Shown here one piece after another: positions 1-9,417 of a DNA stretch of 61,886 nucleotides. The stretch spans positions 1 through 61,886 of the IMG/VR virus record IMGVR_UViG_3300025879_000023. The stretch is one strand, 5' to 3'. Source of the DNA: a virus. Lineage: Duplodnaviria > Caudoviricetes. Position 1 is the stretch's first letter. Each line of letters opens with the position of its first letter. The notes below the pieces were generated by a model. The model was not told the origin of the DNA. It worked only from the letters and a program-made list of their open reading frames with translations, and made no database searches. Made by a program: the position numbers and the translations under genes.

Positions 1-2
1 AA

Positions 3-677
3 CAAAGGGGTTATGTAACACCAGATGAGTTTAATAAGATAGGTACACAAGTTCAATTAGAAATATTTGAAAAGTACTTTGAAGATCTTAATCAACAACT
101 ACGTGTGCCACAAGCTGACAGTGAATATGCTGACAGACAAAAAAACATTGACAATAATATATCCATTTTTAAAACAATAGGTAATGCTACTTATAATTCA
201 GCTGGATATTTTTTTCCGCCAAATGATACACACAGAATTGGCACTGTAATTTATAAAGACGAAGTAGAATTGCAAAGGGTTCAAAGGAACGAATTGCTTA
301 ATATAAACATGTCTAAGCTTACAAGACCAACAACAACTCACCCTATATACGTTTATGAAGAAGGTACTACTGCAACTCCTCCACGTATATATGTCTATCC
401 AAAAACTATAACTACGGCTTCTGATATAACGGTTTCTTACATAAGAAAACCAGCTAATGTTGTTTGGGGCTACCAACAATTAGGAGGAGGCGCTTGGACT
501 TCTGGTCCGTATATATATAACCCAGCAACATCAACGCAATTTGAATTAGATGCTACTGAACAAACTAACGTTATAACTAAAGTGCTTTTATACATGGGTA
601 TCGTTATAAGCGATCCTCAAGTAATACAAATAGCCGCACAACAGGCTCAAGTAGAAGAAGCAAATAAAAAAAGCTAA
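3..677 (+). CDS. Tail tubular/ring protein (P22 gp4-like, crAss-like ring protein), 5'-truncated
   Basis: Frame is open from base 3 (QRGYVTPDEFNKIGTQVQLEIFEKYFEDLNQ...), so the true start lies before the window. Contains the YIRKP..V.WGY motif and precedes the tail genes. Confidence 0.7.
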   Translation, partial: QRGYVTPDEFNKIGTQVQLEIFEKYFEDLNQQLRVPQADSEYADRQKNIDNNISIFKTIGNATYNSAGYFFPPNDTHRIGTVIYKDEVELQRVQRNELLNINMSKLTRPTTTHPIYVYEEGTTATPPRIYVYPKTITTASDITVSYIRKPANVVWGYQQLGGGAWTSGPYIYNPATSTQFELDATEQTNVITKVLLYMGIVISDPQVIQIAAQQAQVEEANKKS

Positions 678-683
678 TAGATT

Positions 684-1907
684 ATGTCCAAACCAAATAA
701 CGGTTTAATAACCGAAACAAATAGCCAATATTATTCTGGGTCACAAAGTTTTACAACAGAAGCTGGACAAACTTCTTTTACGTCAACTTTTAATACAGAT
801 TTAGTTTTTGGTAGTTATACTCCAAATAGCTCTGACTATAGTTTAAACAATTTTGTTTTATATAGCAGTTTAAGTGGTTTGCCTGGTACTTTCAATGAAT
901 ACGTTGAAGCTTATTCTGTTTTAGATAATACCATTACTTTAGCTACAGCATTACCTGCAAACAGTTATTTAATAATACAACTTAAAACAAAAGATGGTGG
1001 CGAGTTTGGAAATGAAGACGCATATGGTGATGCAGTAGAAAATAACTATGGCGGATACGAATATATTAAATTAAACGATATAATAAATAACTTTTTAGTT
1101 GCTTATGTTGGAGCTGGCAAGTTAATATCTGATGTAAAAAGAACTGATGTTATTTTTCATGCTAAGCGTGGGTTACAAGAATTTAGCTATGATACTTTAA
1201 AAAGTATTAAATCACAAGAACTAAGTGTCCCTCCTAGTTTAAGCATTCCATTGCCTCAAGATTATGTAAATTATGTAAAAGTTTCTTGGGTTGACGAATT
1301 AGGTGTAAAACATCAAATATTCCCAACGCAATTAACAAGCAACCCCTATGCAACTCCTATACAGGATAATAATGGAATACCTATTCAAGACAATTACGAA
1401 GAAAACCTTCAAGGGTCTTCTCAAACAATTGAAAGATGGGCAGAAGCAAATAAAGACAAGGTAAACAACATAAGTACATTAAACGAATATAATAATGGGC
1501 TTGATGGTGAAAACTATTGGGGTAACTATGATAATTTCTTTGGACAAGCTTATGGGTTGGACGGTAAATACGCTAATATAAATGGTTACTTTACTTTAAA
1601 TCATAGAGAAGGAAAAATATCTTTCTCAAGCGACCTTGTAGGCGCTTTAATTATATTAGAATACATATCAGATGGTTTAGCGTATGATATGGATACTAGA
1701 GTGCCTAAAATGGCTGAAGAGGCAATGTATAAGCATCTTATGTACAGTATTATTTCTACAAGAGCTAACCAACCAGAGTATGTGGTTCAAAGATTTAAAA
1801 GAGAAAGATCTGCGGAACTTAGAAACGCTAAAATAAGATTATCCAATATTAAACTTAGCGAAGTAATACAAGAGATGAGAGGTAAGTCTAAGTGGATTAA
1901 ACATTAA
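684..1907 (+). CDS. Tail ring/adaptor structural protein
   Basis: 407 aa with motifs FHAKRGLQEFSYD, LPQDYVNYVKVSW and LEYISDGL, typical of crAss-like/Cellulophaga podovirus tail ring proteins; synteny agrees. Confidence 0.7.
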   Translation: MSKPNNGLITETNSQYYSGSQSFTTEAGQTSFTSTFNTDLVFGSYTPNSSDYSLNNFVLYSSLSGLPGTFNEYVEAYSVLDNTITLATALPANSYLIIQLKTKDGGEFGNEDAYGDAVENNYGGYEYIKLNDIINNFLVAYVGAGKLISDVKRTDVIFHAKRGLQEFSYDTLKSIKSQELSVPPSLSIPLPQDYVNYVKVSWVDELGVKHQIFPTQLTSNPYATPIQDNNGIPIQDNYEENLQGSSQTIERWAEANKDKVNNISTLNEYNNGLDGENYWGNYDNFFGQAYGLDGKYANINGYFTLNHREGKISFSSDLVGALIILEYISDGLAYDMDTRVPKMAEEAMYKHLMYSIISTRANQPEYVVQRFKRERSAELRNAKIRLSNIKLSEVIQEMRGKSKWIKH

Positions 1908-1911
1908 TTAA

Positions 1912-4900
1912 ATGGCTGAAATTAAAAATAATTTTATAAAAGCCAAAATGAACAAAGACCTGGACGACAGGCTTGTTCCTTCTGGAGAATATAGAAATGC
2001 GCAAAATATATCTATAAGTAGATCAGAAGGATCTGATGTTGGTGCTTTAGAAAATATATTAGGTAATTCTAAAGTAAACATTAGTGACCTTGGAATAAAT
2101 AATTTAGATGTTATTGGCTTTTTAGCTGATAGTGCAACTGATAGTATATATTTATTTTTAACTAATTACACAGATACATCTCCTTCTGGTTTAAGCAATT
2201 TTGCTCCGTCATCTGCTAATTGTATAATATCAAAATACAATAACGTTTCTAATACATATATAAAGCTTGTGCAGGGAAGTTTTTTAAACTTTTCTAAAAA
2301 TAGTCCAATAACCGGCGTTAATATACTAGAGGATTTGCTGTTTTTTACAGATAATAGAAACCAACCTAGAAAAATAAACGTTGCTTTAGCAAATACAAAC
2401 TCTTCGCCTAATCCAACATATTACGTTACAGAAGATACTATTTCTGTTGCTAAGCCAGCTCCGTTTGAAGCCATAAGACTTATTGATATTTCTTCTGGTT
2501 CAAGTAATTTAGAATCAACCATGGTTAATCCTGCACAAGAATTTATGCCAGATGGTTCTGAAAATCCTGATTATGATCCAAATTGGGATGGTGATCCAAA
2601 TTACCTTAAAGATAAATTTGTTAGATTTAGTTATAGATATAAGTTTGATGATGGCGAGTATTCTATAATTGCCCCGTTTACTCAAACATGCTTTATACCT
2701 AAACAGCAAGGATATTTTTTAGAAGGTGATCAAGACGAAGCGTATAGAAGTACAATAGTAAGGTTTTTTGAAAACAACGTTACTAATATTGGCTTAAATA
2801 TACCTTTTCAAACTACCAACCCAAAAACAGATTTACATATAAGTGAATTAGAAATTTTATATAAAGAATCCGATTCTACAAATATAAAAGTAATAGAGTC
2901 TATTCCAGTAAATGCTGTAGTTAGCAATATGCAGTCAAATGTAAACAAAACTGTTTACACTTTTGATTATATATCTACAAAGCCATATAAAACTTTACCG
3001 GCGGATCAAACGACTAGGGTTTATGACATGGTGCCAGTTAGAGCACTAGCCCAAGAGGTATCTGGCAATAGGGTTATGTATGGTAATTTTATGGATAAAA
3101 TGTCACCGCCAAGATCTTTAGATTATGGCGTTGGATATTCTAATAAACTTTATATACAAGACAACGAAAAATATCAAAGTCAAGTTGAATATCCTAACCA
3201 TACTTTAAAGCAAAATAGGAACTATCAGGTAGGTGTAGTATTATCAGATAAATTTGGCAGGCAATCTTCAGTCATTTTATCTTCAAACGATTTTTCAGGA
3301 TCAGAAGAGGAAGAAGTGCAGTATGGAGGTTCAACTATATATTTACCTTATTTTAATGGTGAACTTTCAGAAATACTAAGCTGGCCAGGCTATGCTCTTA
3401 GGGTTTTGTTTAATTCTGCAATTCCTGGAGTAGATTCAACAATTGAAGGTTATCCTGGTTTATATAGCTCTACAAATCCACTCGGCTGGTATTCTTATAA
3501 AATTGTAGTAAGACAACAAGAACAAGACTATTACAATGTATTCTTACCTGGTATTTTAAATGGTTATCCCAGTGGAACAACAAACTTTAATACTGAAGTA
3601 GATCAAACAGCAAACATCGTATTAATAAACGATAACATAAATAAAATTCCAAGAGATTTATCTGAAGTTGGTCCTGATCAAAGACAATACAGAAGTAGTG
3701 TTCAAATATTTGGTAGAGTAACACCAGATCCTTTAGATTCTACTTTAAACAAACAATATAAGCCTGGTATATTATCAGATACAGTTGTTTCAATATCTAC
3801 TGTAAATGATACTAACTACAATGAAACACAAGGATTAGATTTAGTATATCCGGAGTTTTATCAAAGTGAAACAAATCCACTTATCGGAAGGGTTAGCACA
3901 CAGCAGTCTATAGGAACTATTGGTAGTGCCACTTATAATATAACACTTGGAGTGTATGAAACTTCTCCAGTAATATCTTTATTAGATATATATTGGGAAA
4001 CAAGTACAACAGGATTAATTTCAGAATTGAACAATGAAATAACCCAAGGATTTAATGGTCCAGTTTATATTAATTTAAATGGAATATATAACCATAATGA
4101 AGGGATGGCTCCAGGCACAAAAGTAGTAAGCGGGGCTTATGCGGAAACAAGTGCTAGGGTTCCTATAAATGATAGAGAAGTATCATTTGAATTAGTTTCC
4201 GTTGTAAACGGTGGAGGAAATGATATTACAAATTCTTTTAATTTAGAAAAAACCCCAAATTCAAATTATCAATTTGATTTATTTATTGATGGAAGTTTCT
4301 ACTATGGAAGCAACAGCCAAAATGATATTAATATAAGAAATTTTACATTTACGGTAGCATGCACCGATAGTATTGATGGAACTACTCAAAATTTAGAATT
4401 TACTGGAAGCTTAAGCAATGTAGCGCCTAGTATAACAAATTGCCCTGGCTCAATAAATACAGGTGAATTAACCTCTCCTTGGGAAGTTTTTGATATGGAA
4501 GGAGTAAATGGATCTTATGGAATTCCTTTTATTGGATTAAAATGGGGATTAAAAGATATTAAAAAATTAGGAACATTAATTAGCGATCAAGATATGTTTG
4601 CTATAGATCAAACTAGCGGTCTTATAACAAATACAAATGGCACAGCAGAAGAAGGAGCAACGTATGAGTTTACTGTTACATTAGAAGATGCTGCTGGTGA
4701 ATTTGCTGAAGATTGTATTATATATGCTACTATTGGATCTGCTGCTCCAACCGCAACAATTATTCCGCACGCATCTTTGGATTCTACACAATCAACATAC
4801 TGGTATGTTTCATGGCTAGCTCTTGGTAGTGAATCAGAAGTTGGAATGCAACTATACTCTGGCCAAGAACGTACAGGTAGTCCACTTCCGCCGCCACCAG

Positions 4901-5118
4901 ATGGAAATTTATCGGTTTTAATAAATAAAGAAGACGGATTGCCAGTTTCTGGCGTAACTCTTGTTGAGTTCTTTTTTAAGCCGGAATCATCAAGCACTTG
5001 GCGACTAGTAGACTTTATAGAATTAGACCCAGGCACTCCCGGCCAATTATATTTTACTTTTACAAATGTACAGGATTATTACGAGTATAAGGTTAAAATC
5101 AAGGAAGGGGTAAGTTAA
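1912..5118 (+). CDS. Tail stabilization/muzzle protein (P22 gp10-like), N-terminal part, with C-terminal Ig/cadherin-like extension
   Basis: N-terminus KMNKDLDDRLVPSGEYRNAQNI...VGALENILGN plus LFFTDNRNQPRKIN and RFSYRYKFDDGEYS are characteristic of this family. Confidence 0.8.
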   Translation: MAEIKNNFIKAKMNKDLDDRLVPSGEYRNAQNISISRSEGSDVGALENILGNSKVNISDLGINNLDVIGFLADSATDSIYLFLTNYTDTSPSGLSNFAPSSANCIISKYNNVSNTYIKLVQGSFLNFSKNSPITGVNILEDLLFFTDNRNQPRKINVALANTNSSPNPTYYVTEDTISVAKPAPFEAIRLIDISSGSSNLESTMVNPAQEFMPDGSENPDYDPNWDGDPNYLKDKFVRFSYRYKFDDGEYSIIAPFTQTCFIPKQQGYFLEGDQDEAYRSTIVRFFENNVTNIGLNIPFQTTNPKTDLHISELEILYKESDSTNIKVIESIPVNAVVSNMQSNVNKTVYTFDYISTKPYKTLPADQTTRVYDMVPVRALAQEVSGNRVMYGNFMDKMSPPRSLDYGVGYSNKLYIQDNEKYQSQVEYPNHTLKQNRNYQVGVVLSDKFGRQSSVILSSNDFSGSEEEEVQYGGSTIYLPYFNGELSEILSWPGYALRVLFNSAIPGVDSTIEGYPGLYSSTNPLGWYSYKIVVRQQEQDYYNVFLPGILNGYPSGTTNFNTEVDQTANIVLINDNINKIPRDLSEVGPDQRQYRSSVQIFGRVTPDPLDSTLNKQYKPGILSDTVVSISTVNDTNYNETQGLDLVYPEFYQSETNPLIGRVSTQQSIGTIGSATYNITLGVYETSPVISLLDIYWETSTTGLISELNNEITQGFNGPVYINLNGIYNHNEGMAPGTKVVSGAYAETSARVPINDREVSFELVSVVNGGGNDITNSFNLEKTPNSNYQFDLFIDGSFYYGSNSQNDINIRNFTFTVACTDSIDGTTQNLEFTGSLSNVAPSITNCPGSINTGELTSPWEVFDMEGVNGSYGIPFIGLKWGLKDIKKLGTLISDQDMFAIDQTSGLITNTNGTAEEGATYEFTVTLEDAAGEFAEDCIIYATIGSAAPTATIIPHASLDSTQSTYWYVSWLALGSESEVGMQLYSGQERTGSPLPPPPDGNLSVLINKEDGLPVSGVTLVEFFFKPESSSTWRLVDFIELDPGTPGQLYFTFTNVQDYYEYKVKIKEGVS

Positions 5119-5147
5119 ATAAAAACAAAAATAAGTGATTATAAATT

Positions 5148-6545
5148 ATGGCAGCATCAATAGAAGTATCATACTTTAATTCGTTTTGGTTAAAACAGGT
5201 TCGAGATACAAATAGCGATGCTGTTTGGCCAGACGGTTATCCATACCAAAGTTCGTTTCCAGGTACAGCTGTAAATGGAGATAACAATTGGTTTATTGAA
5301 GAATCAAGAATTAGGGGAGGATATAATAATACTCAAGTAGATTTAGGTGTAAAAGCGTATATAGTTGAGGAGGAGTCAAAACAACAGCATAGATCAAACG
5401 CTTTAATATATTCAGGTATATTTAATTCAAGAACTGGAATTAATAATACAAATCAATTTTCAGTCGGCGAAAGCATCACAAAGGCTACTGATCCAGCTAA
5501 TGGGTCAATACAAAAGTTATATGCTGAAGATACAAATTTAATAGTATTTCAAGAAAATAAAGTAAGTAGAGCATTAATAGATAAAGACGCTATATATTCA
5601 GCCGAGGGTAATGCTTCGGTAACATCAACATCTCTTGTAGTAGGACAAATAGTGCCTTATGCTGGTAATTTTGGTATTAGCAGAAACCCTGAAAGTTTTG
5701 CTGTTTATGGTTATCAAAAATATTTTGCAGATAAAGATAGGAATGCTATTTTAAGATTGTCTATGGACGGTATAACGGAAATATCTAATTATGGAATGTC
5801 CGACTTTTTTAGAGACAATTTAAGTGATATAGGAGAATATGGCAAAATTGTTGGTGGTTATGATATACATAATAAAAACTATACAATTTCACTGCAAAAA
5901 ACAGCGGCTTTACAAAACAACCAAGATGATCCGTCTAACTATGCTACTTTAAGTTTCGATGAATTAGTAGGAGGCTGGAGCAGCTTTTATACCTACAAGC
6001 CTACGGGTATGACCAGCTTAAAAAATAAATTTTTTAGTTTTAAAAACGGAGTTATATATAAGCATTATGCTGATACAAATGGAAACAATAGAGGTTATTT
6101 TTATGGTTCTTATTCTCCATCAAATATAACTTTTGTGTTTAACGAAAACTCTTCAACTTCTAAAAATTTCCAAACAGTAAATTATGAAGGCGACAATGGC
6201 TGGCAAGTTACAAGTTTTTCTTCTGACCAACAAAAATATGATAATGTAAATGGTGGCTGGTTTAGTTATGACGATACAACAGCTCAAGTGCCAAGTTATA
6301 GTCAAACATATAATGATGGCGGCGTAATTTATAGATTAGGTTTTGATAGAAAAGAAAACAAATATTTTGCTAATTTAATAAACAATAGCCCAGCTAGAGA
6401 CGGGGAGGTTGTTTGGGGTAATGAAATGTCCGGTATTAAAGGATATTTTGCAACCGTTACATTTTCTACGGATGCTATTACAGATATTGGCGGCGCTAAA
6501 GAATTATGGAGCGTTGGATCAAAATTTGTAGTATCTTCGTATTAA
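5148..6545 (+). CDS. Tail stabilization/muzzle protein, C-terminal part
   Basis: Motifs GSIQKL, YAGNFGIS.NPESF, LRLSMDGITEIS.YGM and GWSSFYTY correspond to the C-terminal half of crAss-like muzzle proteins. Confidence 0.75.
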   Translation: MAASIEVSYFNSFWLKQVRDTNSDAVWPDGYPYQSSFPGTAVNGDNNWFIEESRIRGGYNNTQVDLGVKAYIVEEESKQQHRSNALIYSGIFNSRTGINNTNQFSVGESITKATDPANGSIQKLYAEDTNLIVFQENKVSRALIDKDAIYSAEGNASVTSTSLVVGQIVPYAGNFGISRNPESFAVYGYQKYFADKDRNAILRLSMDGITEISNYGMSDFFRDNLSDIGEYGKIVGGYDIHNKNYTISLQKTAALQNNQDDPSNYATLSFDELVGGWSSFYTYKPTGMTSLKNKFFSFKNGVIYKHYADTNGNNRGYFYGSYSPSNITFVFNENSSTSKNFQTVNYEGDNGWQVTSFSSDQQKYDNVNGGWFSYDDTTAQVPSYSQTYNDGGVIYRLGFDRKENKYFANLINNSPARDGEVVWGNEMSGIKGYFATVTFSTDAITDIGGAKELWSVGSKFVVSSY

Positions 6546-6555
6546 ACAGCAAAAA

Positions 6556-7002
6556 ATGAAATTAAGTCAATTTTATAAAAAATTAGAAAATCTTCAAGAT
6601 GTTATTATAGCAAATAATGATAAAGAAGGTTTATACGGCGATGGTAAAAGCTTAGTTAATAACGAAGACTTTCCTATTACACATGATTTCTCAGATCAGT
6701 TGTATATGCGTAAAATGGAAATGAAAGCTGGAAGTATAGTTGTTAGTGCAATACATCATACCGATCATTTTTGGTTTTTATTAAAAGGCAGAATAATTGT
6801 TAATGATTGTGGCGAAGTAGTCGAGCATATTGCTCCATGCTATGAAAAGTCAAAAAAAGGAGCTAAGCGATTAATTCACTGCGTTGAAGATTGCTTATTT
6901 ATAAATGTACATAAAAATCCAACGAATACAGAAAACATGGAGGAAATAGAAGATTTTTTATACTCTATGACTCTGGAGGAATATAAAGAAAAAAACAAAT
7001 AA
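6556..7002 (+). CDS. Cupin-fold protein
   Basis: HDFSDQLYMRKMEMKAGSIVVSAIHHTDHFWFLLKG...KR...FINVH resembles the cupin-like family often found beside podovirus internal virion genes. Confidence 0.6.
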   Translation: MKLSQFYKKLENLQDVIIANNDKEGLYGDGKSLVNNEDFPITHDFSDQLYMRKMEMKAGSIVVSAIHHTDHFWFLLKGRIIVNDCGEVVEHIAPCYEKSKKGAKRLIHCVEDCLFINVHKNPTNTENMEEIEDFLYSMTLEEYKEKNK

Positions 7003-7003
7003 T

Positions 7004-7723
7004 ATGGCAGGAATTCTAGCAGCTGGTATTGGTGCCGGTGTATCTTTATTAGGGGGTATATTTGGTGCTTCAAAAGCTAAAAAACAAGCAAAAGCAGCTG
7101 ATAAGCAAAGAAAAATAGCGGAAGCTAAAATAAACCATTTAGAAAGAACAAGGCAGCCAATTGTAAATCCATATGAGAGTGTTACAAATGTTAGCGGTCT
7201 TGCTACTGATTTAAGCGGTCAATTAAGTAATCCTTTCGAAAGTTTAGGTGTAGCTACTCAAGCGGCTGAAATGCAAATTGAAGAAGCAGATATAGCTTTA
7301 GCAAATACTTTAGACACAATTAGAGCTACTGGGTCTGGGGCTGGTGGCGCAACCGCGTTAGCGCAAGCTGCCTTACAAAGTAAAAAAGGTGTTTCTGCAA
7401 GCATTGAACAACAAGAAGCTCAAAACGAAAAATTAAGAGCTCAAGGAGAAAGCCAATTGCAGCAAGCAAAAATGGCAGAACAGCAAAGAGTGCAGGGTGT
7501 TCAAATAAGTGAAGCACAAAGAGTGCAACAAGCAGAAGCAGCTGGAAAGCAATTTATGTTTGGAGCTCAAGAGCAAAGAGACGTTGCAAAATTAGATAGA
7601 CTGTCTGGTCAAGAAAGCCAAGCAAGAGCCAATGTAGCTCAAGCAAATCAAGCAGGCGCTGCAGCATGGAGCGGCGCAATAAGCTCTATCGGCGGTATAG
7701 CCGGTTCATTAGCGGGAAAGTAG
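7004..7723 (+). CDS. Internal virion/ejection (cargo) protein; probable -1 frameshift extension to 7833
   Basis: Gly/Ala-rich hydrophobic termini and an Ala/Gln coiled coil, located after the tail genes. Ends in G GGA AAG TAG. Confidence 0.7.
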   Translation: MAGILAAGIGAGVSLLGGIFGASKAKKQAKAADKQRKIAEAKINHLERTRQPIVNPYESVTNVSGLATDLSGQLSNPFESLGVATQAAEMQIEEADIALANTLDTIRATGSGAGGATALAQAALQSKKGVSASIEQQEAQNEKLRAQGESQLQQAKMAEQQRVQGVQISEAQRVQQAEAAGKQFMFGAQEQRDVAKLDRLSGQESQARANVAQANQAGAAAWSGAISSIGGIAGSLAGK

Positions 7724-7742
7724 CAACCCCAAGCGCGGGGTT
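7714..7742 (+). promoter_or_regulatory. Putative -1 programmed ribosomal frameshift signal (GGGAAAG plus AACCCC/GGGGTT hairpin)
   Basis: In-frame X XXY YYZ heptamer at 7714-7720, stem 7725-7730/7737-7742, and a -1 frame open for 37 codons to TAA at 7831-7833. Confidence 0.65.
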
Positions 7743-7843
7743 AGACATTAATAATAAAGCACTAGAAACATATAGAAATCCTAGTATATATTCAACAGGT
7801 AGCGCCAGTAATGATTATGGTTCGTTAAGTTAAACAAAATAAA

Positions 7844-9409
7844 ATGAGTTATAGAAATCCAGAAATAATAACTGATAAGTCAGGAGAAATATTAGCACAG
7901 GGCTTTGCGTCGTTTGGCCAAAGTATGGCTGCTGGTGTTACTAAAGCTATTCAAAGAGCTGATGAAATAAAAAGACAAAGAAAAGCTGATACTTTGCGGC
8001 TTAATAAGTTGGATACCGACATTAAAATTCAAGGCGCTAAAAAAGCAGCGGAGTTTAAATCTAATCTACCTAAGACATCTTTAAACACAAAGCTTAATCC
8101 TATTATAGACCAAAGAATTAAAGCTGCTGGAGACGCTCAAATGGCTTTATATAATGAATCAGATCCTGAAGTAAGAAGCCAGCTTTTAAAAGTTATTCAA
8201 GACGCTGATAGTTTTTTAGTAAACACTGGAGCTTTTTTAGAAGATTTAAAAAGCGAAGCAGCTGCTTTTAGAGAAAGAAAAAGCGGAGGTTTAAATAAAC
8301 AATGGGGTGTTAACGGGATTGACGAACAAGATCGAGTTAATAAATTTGGTTTATTAAGCGTGCTCTCAGGCGAAGCTGAGGGTGATATAGATTTGGAATT
8401 TGATACAGAGTCAAATTCATTAAATTTAAATGCTTACGGTAAAATTGGAGAGGAAAGCTGGAATGTTAACGGATTTAATAGCAATAATTATTTAGCATCG
8501 GGCAGCGAACTATTTCATGAAATACCCCAAATGTTAGAAGAAAGCATAACTGCTTCTACAAAAATTATAACTAATGATAAAGGCGAGCTATTGCCAAATG
8601 TGGTAGGAAAACCTGTTACAAAAAGAATATATCAAGATGTTGTTAATGATAATGATCAAAAAATAGGTAGAAAACTTGTTGAAGGTCAAATTGAAGAAAT
8701 TAATCAATCAGCAATAGATAATTTAATTAAAAAAGAAATTTCTTCGTCTGTAGCTGGATTTAATGCCGCAGCTCCTTTGGATCAAAACGCAATTTTTTCA
8801 TATGAATTGGATGCTCCGTATAAAAGTTATAGTGATTTTTTAGAAAAAGTAAAAGACCCAAAAGAGCAAGATAAGATCCTTTATCAAATGTTCAAAGAAA
8901 AAACAATTGAGGGCATTGGCGAACAGTTTCAATCATACGAAAAAGACGGTCAAAAAGTTTATTTTAGAGCAGTAACTCCTTTAAAAGAGGTTAAAGCTGA
9001 AAAACCTGAAAAAACAACTAAATTAACTAAGGATGATAAACTTGATTTAAAAGTTCAAGAAAATTTAACAAAAGCAGATAACATTTTAAAATGGGAAGGT
9101 GTAGACGATATGAGCTCGCCTATATCTAAAAGTTTAGCTAATGTTGATTTCGAATCTTTAGTTGGTGATGAATTAGGATTAAAAGCTACTCCTTTAAATG
9201 ATAAAGATAGCGGAGAGCAAATTGGTTGGACTATTTTAAATCCAGACTTAAAGCAGTGGGGTCAAGATATTCTTTTTGAAGAAACAATTCCACAAATAAA
9301 TAAAAAAATAAAGCTAGCTATTGGTTCTAATTGGGCTGGATTATCAGAAGATCCTACAGCTAAAACAACAGCAGCTGATCTTATACAAAAATACTCACAA
9401 AGTAATTAA
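7844..9409 (+). CDS. Internal virion/ejection protein
   Basis: 521 aa helical protein starting MSYRNP, lying between the cargo genes. Confidence 0.55.
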   Translation: MSYRNPEIITDKSGEILAQGFASFGQSMAAGVTKAIQRADEIKRQRKADTLRLNKLDTDIKIQGAKKAAEFKSNLPKTSLNTKLNPIIDQRIKAAGDAQMALYNESDPEVRSQLLKVIQDADSFLVNTGAFLEDLKSEAAAFRERKSGGLNKQWGVNGIDEQDRVNKFGLLSVLSGEAEGDIDLEFDTESNSLNLNAYGKIGEESWNVNGFNSNNYLASGSELFHEIPQMLEESITASTKIITNDKGELLPNVVGKPVTKRIYQDVVNDNDQKIGRKLVEGQIEEINQSAIDNLIKKEISSSVAGFNAAAPLDQNAIFSYELDAPYKSYSDFLEKVKDPKEQDKILYQMFKEKTIEGIGEQFQSYEKDGQKVYFRAVTPLKEVKAEKPEKTTKLTKDDKLDLKVQENLTKADNILKWEGVDDMSSPISKSLANVDFESLVGDELGLKATPLNDKDSGEQIGWTILNPDLKQWGQDILFEETIPQINKKIKLAIGSNWAGLSEDPTAKTTAADLIQKYSQSN

Positions 9410-9417
9410 ATAAAATT

